From positions 31,123 through 95,122 of the forward strand of contig CAVRIF010000001.1 of NCBI GenBank assembly GCA_963721215.1: a stretch of DNA of 64,000 nucleotides, written 5' to 3'. Under the pieces are notes generated by a model. It saw only the letters and a program-made list of their open reading frames with translations. It was not told where the DNA came from and made no database searches. Within the stretch, counting starts at the first letter, position 1. Every line of letters begins with the position of its first letter. The position numbers and the translations under genes were made by a program. Positions 61,834 through 64,000 of this stretch are shown here, piece by piece. The DNA comes from an uncultured Actinomycetes bacterium. Lineage in GTDB: Bacteria > Actinomycetota > Thermoleophilia > Solirubrobacterales > 70-9.

Positions 61834-63045
61834 CTACGCCGCGCGCCTCAGGGGGGCGGAGATCGGAGTCCGCCGCTCTACGGCCGTGACCCCCAGCTCG
61901 TGGGCCGCGTCTGCGATCACGCGTGCGGCTGCGCCCAGCTCGTCGGCTCGGTGGTTGGCCATCACCGACAGGCGCAGCCGTGAAGTTCCGTCAGGCACGG
62001 TCGGCGGCCGGATCGCTTGAGCGAACACCCGGCCCTCGAGTGCCTGCTCGCAGAGGGCCATCGCCCGCCTCGCCTCCCCGACCACCACCGGAACGATCTG
62101 TGTGCGCGAGGCGCCGACCTCCAGACCGTGCCCGGCCAGGGCGTCTCGCAGGATGGCGCCGTTACGGCGCAGTTGCTCGACCATTCCCGGCTGCCCGTCG
62201 AGCAAGGTGAGCGCTGCGAGCGCGGCCCCGACAGCGGGAGGGGGAAGAGCGGTGGAGAAGATGAACGGTCGGGCGGTGTTGATCAGCAGATCGACGACCT
62301 TCGCGCTGGCGCAGACATAAGCGCCGTAGCTTCCCAGCGTCTTCCCCAGCGTGCCGACGATCAAGTCCACCTCTCCGGAGAGCCCGGCCTCGGCGACCGC
62401 GCCGCCTCCACCGGGACCGAGCGCGCCCGTCGCGTGCGCCTCGTCGACCATCAGGAGGCATCGGTGCCGGCGAGCAAGCTCAAGCAGCGCGGCGATTGGG
62501 GCGACGTCCCCATCCATCGAGAAAACGGCGTCGGTCACTATCAGGCCGCCGGCGCGGGCTTCCTTGCGCAGCCCCCAGGACAGATGCTCGAGGTCACCGT
62601 GACGGTAGATGAAGCACTCGGCGCGGGACATCCGGCAGCCGTCGATGATGCTCGCGTGGTTGAGCTCGTCGGAGAAGACGACCTGGCCGCGGCCGGCCAG
62701 CGCGGCGATCGTCCCGAGATTGGCCAGGTAGCCGGATCCGAACAGGAGCGCCGTCTCGTATCCGGCAAAGGTCGCGAGCCGCTCCTCCAGGCGACGGTGG
62801 AGGGACATGTTCCCGGAGATCAGGCGGGAAGCCCCGGCGCCGGCGCCGAACCGCTCCGCGGCGTCCGCTGCTGCCTGGCGGACGCGTGGATGGTCGGCGA
62901 GGCCCAGGTAGTTGTTGGAGCAGAGCAGCAAGACCTCGACGCCGTCGAGCGTCACCCGCGGCCCCTGCGGGCTCTCGATCAGCCGCAGGCGGCGATACAG
63001 GCCCGCCCGGCGAAGGTCCTCGAGCCGGTCCGCAACCTCACTCAT
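61834..63045 (-). CDS. bioF: 8-amino-7-oxononanoate synthase
   Basis: LLCSNNYLGL, VDEAHATG, GTLGKTLGS PLP-lysine block. Confidence 0.9.
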   Translation of the reverse strand: MSEVADRLEDLRRAGLYRRLRLIESPQGPRVTLDGVEVLLLCSNNYLGLADHPRVRQAAADAAERFGAGAGASRLISGNMSLHRRLEERLATFAGYETALLFGSGYLANLGTIAALAGRGQVVFSDELNHASIIDGCRMSRAECFIYRHGDLEHLSWGLRKEARAGGLIVTDAVFSMDGDVAPIAALLELARRHRCLLMVDEAHATGALGPGGGGAVAEAGLSGEVDLIVGTLGKTLGSYGAYVCASAKVVDLLINTARPFIFSTALPPPAVGAALAALTLLDGQPGMVEQLRRNGAILRDALAGHGLEVGASRTQIVPVVVGEARRAMALCEQALEGRVFAQAIRPPTVPDGTSRLRLSVMANHRADELGAAARVIADAAHELGVTAVERRTPISAPLRRAA

Positions 63046-64000
63046 CGAAGTCAGCGGACGAGGACGTGGTGGTTGACGTGGGATACGGCGGAGGCTTGCG
63101 CTTCTTCTTCACCACGCGGAGCTGCTCCGAGGGGTCCCAGAAGTTGGCGTCGGCTTGGCTGTCCACCAGCTCGTCGATCGGGGTCGGCGGCGTTTCGCCC
63201 TCGAGCCAACCGGAACGGTTGTCTGGCCGGGGGTTGGCGCCGTTGTCATCCTGTCGCGCCACGTTCAATCCCAGCTCCTCGAACATCGCCCGGTCGTCGG
63301 CGGGCTCGGCGCCCAGCGTGGTCAGGAAGTTCCCCATCATCACCCCGTTGAGCCCCGCCTTGACCGCCAGCGGTTGCAGCTCGTCGAGGTTCTCGACCCG
63401 CCCACCGCAGAGGCGGAACAAGGCGTCCGGGAGGATCAGCCGAAAGATCGCCACCCACTTGACGACCTCCCACGGGTCCATCAGTTCACGGTCGCCGAAC
63501 TTGGTCCCGGCCCGGGGATTGAGCAGGTTGATGGGCACCGACGTGGGATCGATCTCGGCCAGCTCGAAGGCCATCTCGACCCGCTGGCGCGGCGACTCGC
63601 CGAGATTGAGGATCCCGCCGACGCAGGTCTCGAGCCCCGCTTCCTTGACGGCGTCGATCGTGCGCATGCGCCCCTCGTAGCGGACGGTGGTCGTGACCTG
63701 TGGGTAGTAGGAGCGCGCGCTCTCGACGTTGTGGTGGACGCGCTGCACTCCCGCGTCGGCGAGCCGCCTGGCGCGATCAGCCGAGATGTGTCCGATCGAC
63801 ACGCAGCGCTTCAGGTTGGTCTGCTCGGCGACCAGCCGGGCGCCATCGACGATCTTCTCGAAGTCACGCTTCGAAAGCCCCTGCCCCTGGGTGACCATGC
63901 AGAACCGGTGCGCTCCGGCCGCCTCGGCTGCCTTGGCGTGCTCGAGGATCTGCTCGGCGTCCATCATCGCGTGCATCGGGGTGTCCGCCTCCGCATAGCG
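63038..64000 (-). CDS. bioB: biotin synthase (5' end outside window) with ~70-aa C-terminal extension
   Basis: FCMVTQGQG, YHNVESAR-like HHNVESARSYY, NLLNPRAGT, GANSIM-like GLNGVMMGNFLTT. The radical-SAM CxxxCxxC lies beyond the window edge. The stop overlaps the bioF start. Confidence 0.88.
   Translation of the reverse strand, partial: RYAEADTPMHAMMDAEQILEHAKAAEAAGAHRFCMVTQGQGLSKRDFEKIVDGARLVAEQTNLKRCVSIGHISADRARRLADAGVQRVHHNVESARSYYPQVTTTVRYEGRMRTIDAVKEAGLETCVGGILNLGESPRQRVEMAFELAEIDPTSVPINLLNPRAGTKFGDRELMDPWEVVKWVAIFRLILPDALFRLCGGRVENLDELQPLAVKAGLNGVMMGNFLTTLGAEPADDRAMFEELGLNVARQDDNGANPRPDNRSGWLEGETPPTPIDELVDSQADANFWDPSEQLRVVKKKRKPPPYPTSTTTSSSADFDE

Overview
Very GC-rich bacterial chromosome segment, Actinomycetota-like in gene order and codon style (third codon positions are almost all G/C). 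It is dominated by the core translation and transcription gene clusters, all on the + strand. The order is rpmG-secE-nusG-rplKAJL-rpoBC, then rpsL-rpsG-fusA-tuf, then the S10/spc/alpha blocks (rpsJ through rplQ, with secY, adk and map), then truA. Flanking genes are ltaE, tRNA-Thr and an acyl-CoA dehydrogenase on the left. On the right lie a double-hotdog thioesterase, DUF488, surE, ligA and a frameshifted PBP4-like gene. These are followed by a patatin-like lipase, fadD, a small HTH protein, a DsbA-like protein and tRNA-Pro. Next come sodA, a GMC oxidoreductase, SCP2, an Fe-ADH, a PNPOx-like protein, NUDIX and rubredoxin. The window ends with an ECF sigma/DUF4349 pair and a bioB-F-D-A operon on the - strand. 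No rRNA, CRISPR array, transposase or integrase was seen. The most unusual signal is a family of about 97-99 bp structured repeats, with nine near-full copies plus fragments. Copies occur in frame inside rplJ, rpsC, rpsQ and rpsE, giving long acidic Pro/Glu/Ala tails, and also in three convergent intergenic junctions. Compensatory base-pair flips in three stems argue for selection on nucleic-acid structure rather than on the peptide, which resembles Rickettsia RPE elements. Other notable points: (1) rpoC has no canonical start codon for its conserved N-terminus, which begins at ATA 10540, and it is in the same frame as rpoB, 15 nt after the rpoB TAA. (2) A tRNA-Thr ends 1 nt before the GTG start of the next gene. 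(3) Antisense gene pairs interrupt the rpoC-rpsL and rpsG-fusA junctions. (4) infA is absent from its usual place between map and rpmJ. (5) An orphan terminator-containing leader lies upstream of fusA. All coordinates, motifs and repeat alignments come from reading the sequence by eye. No database search or folding calculation was run.
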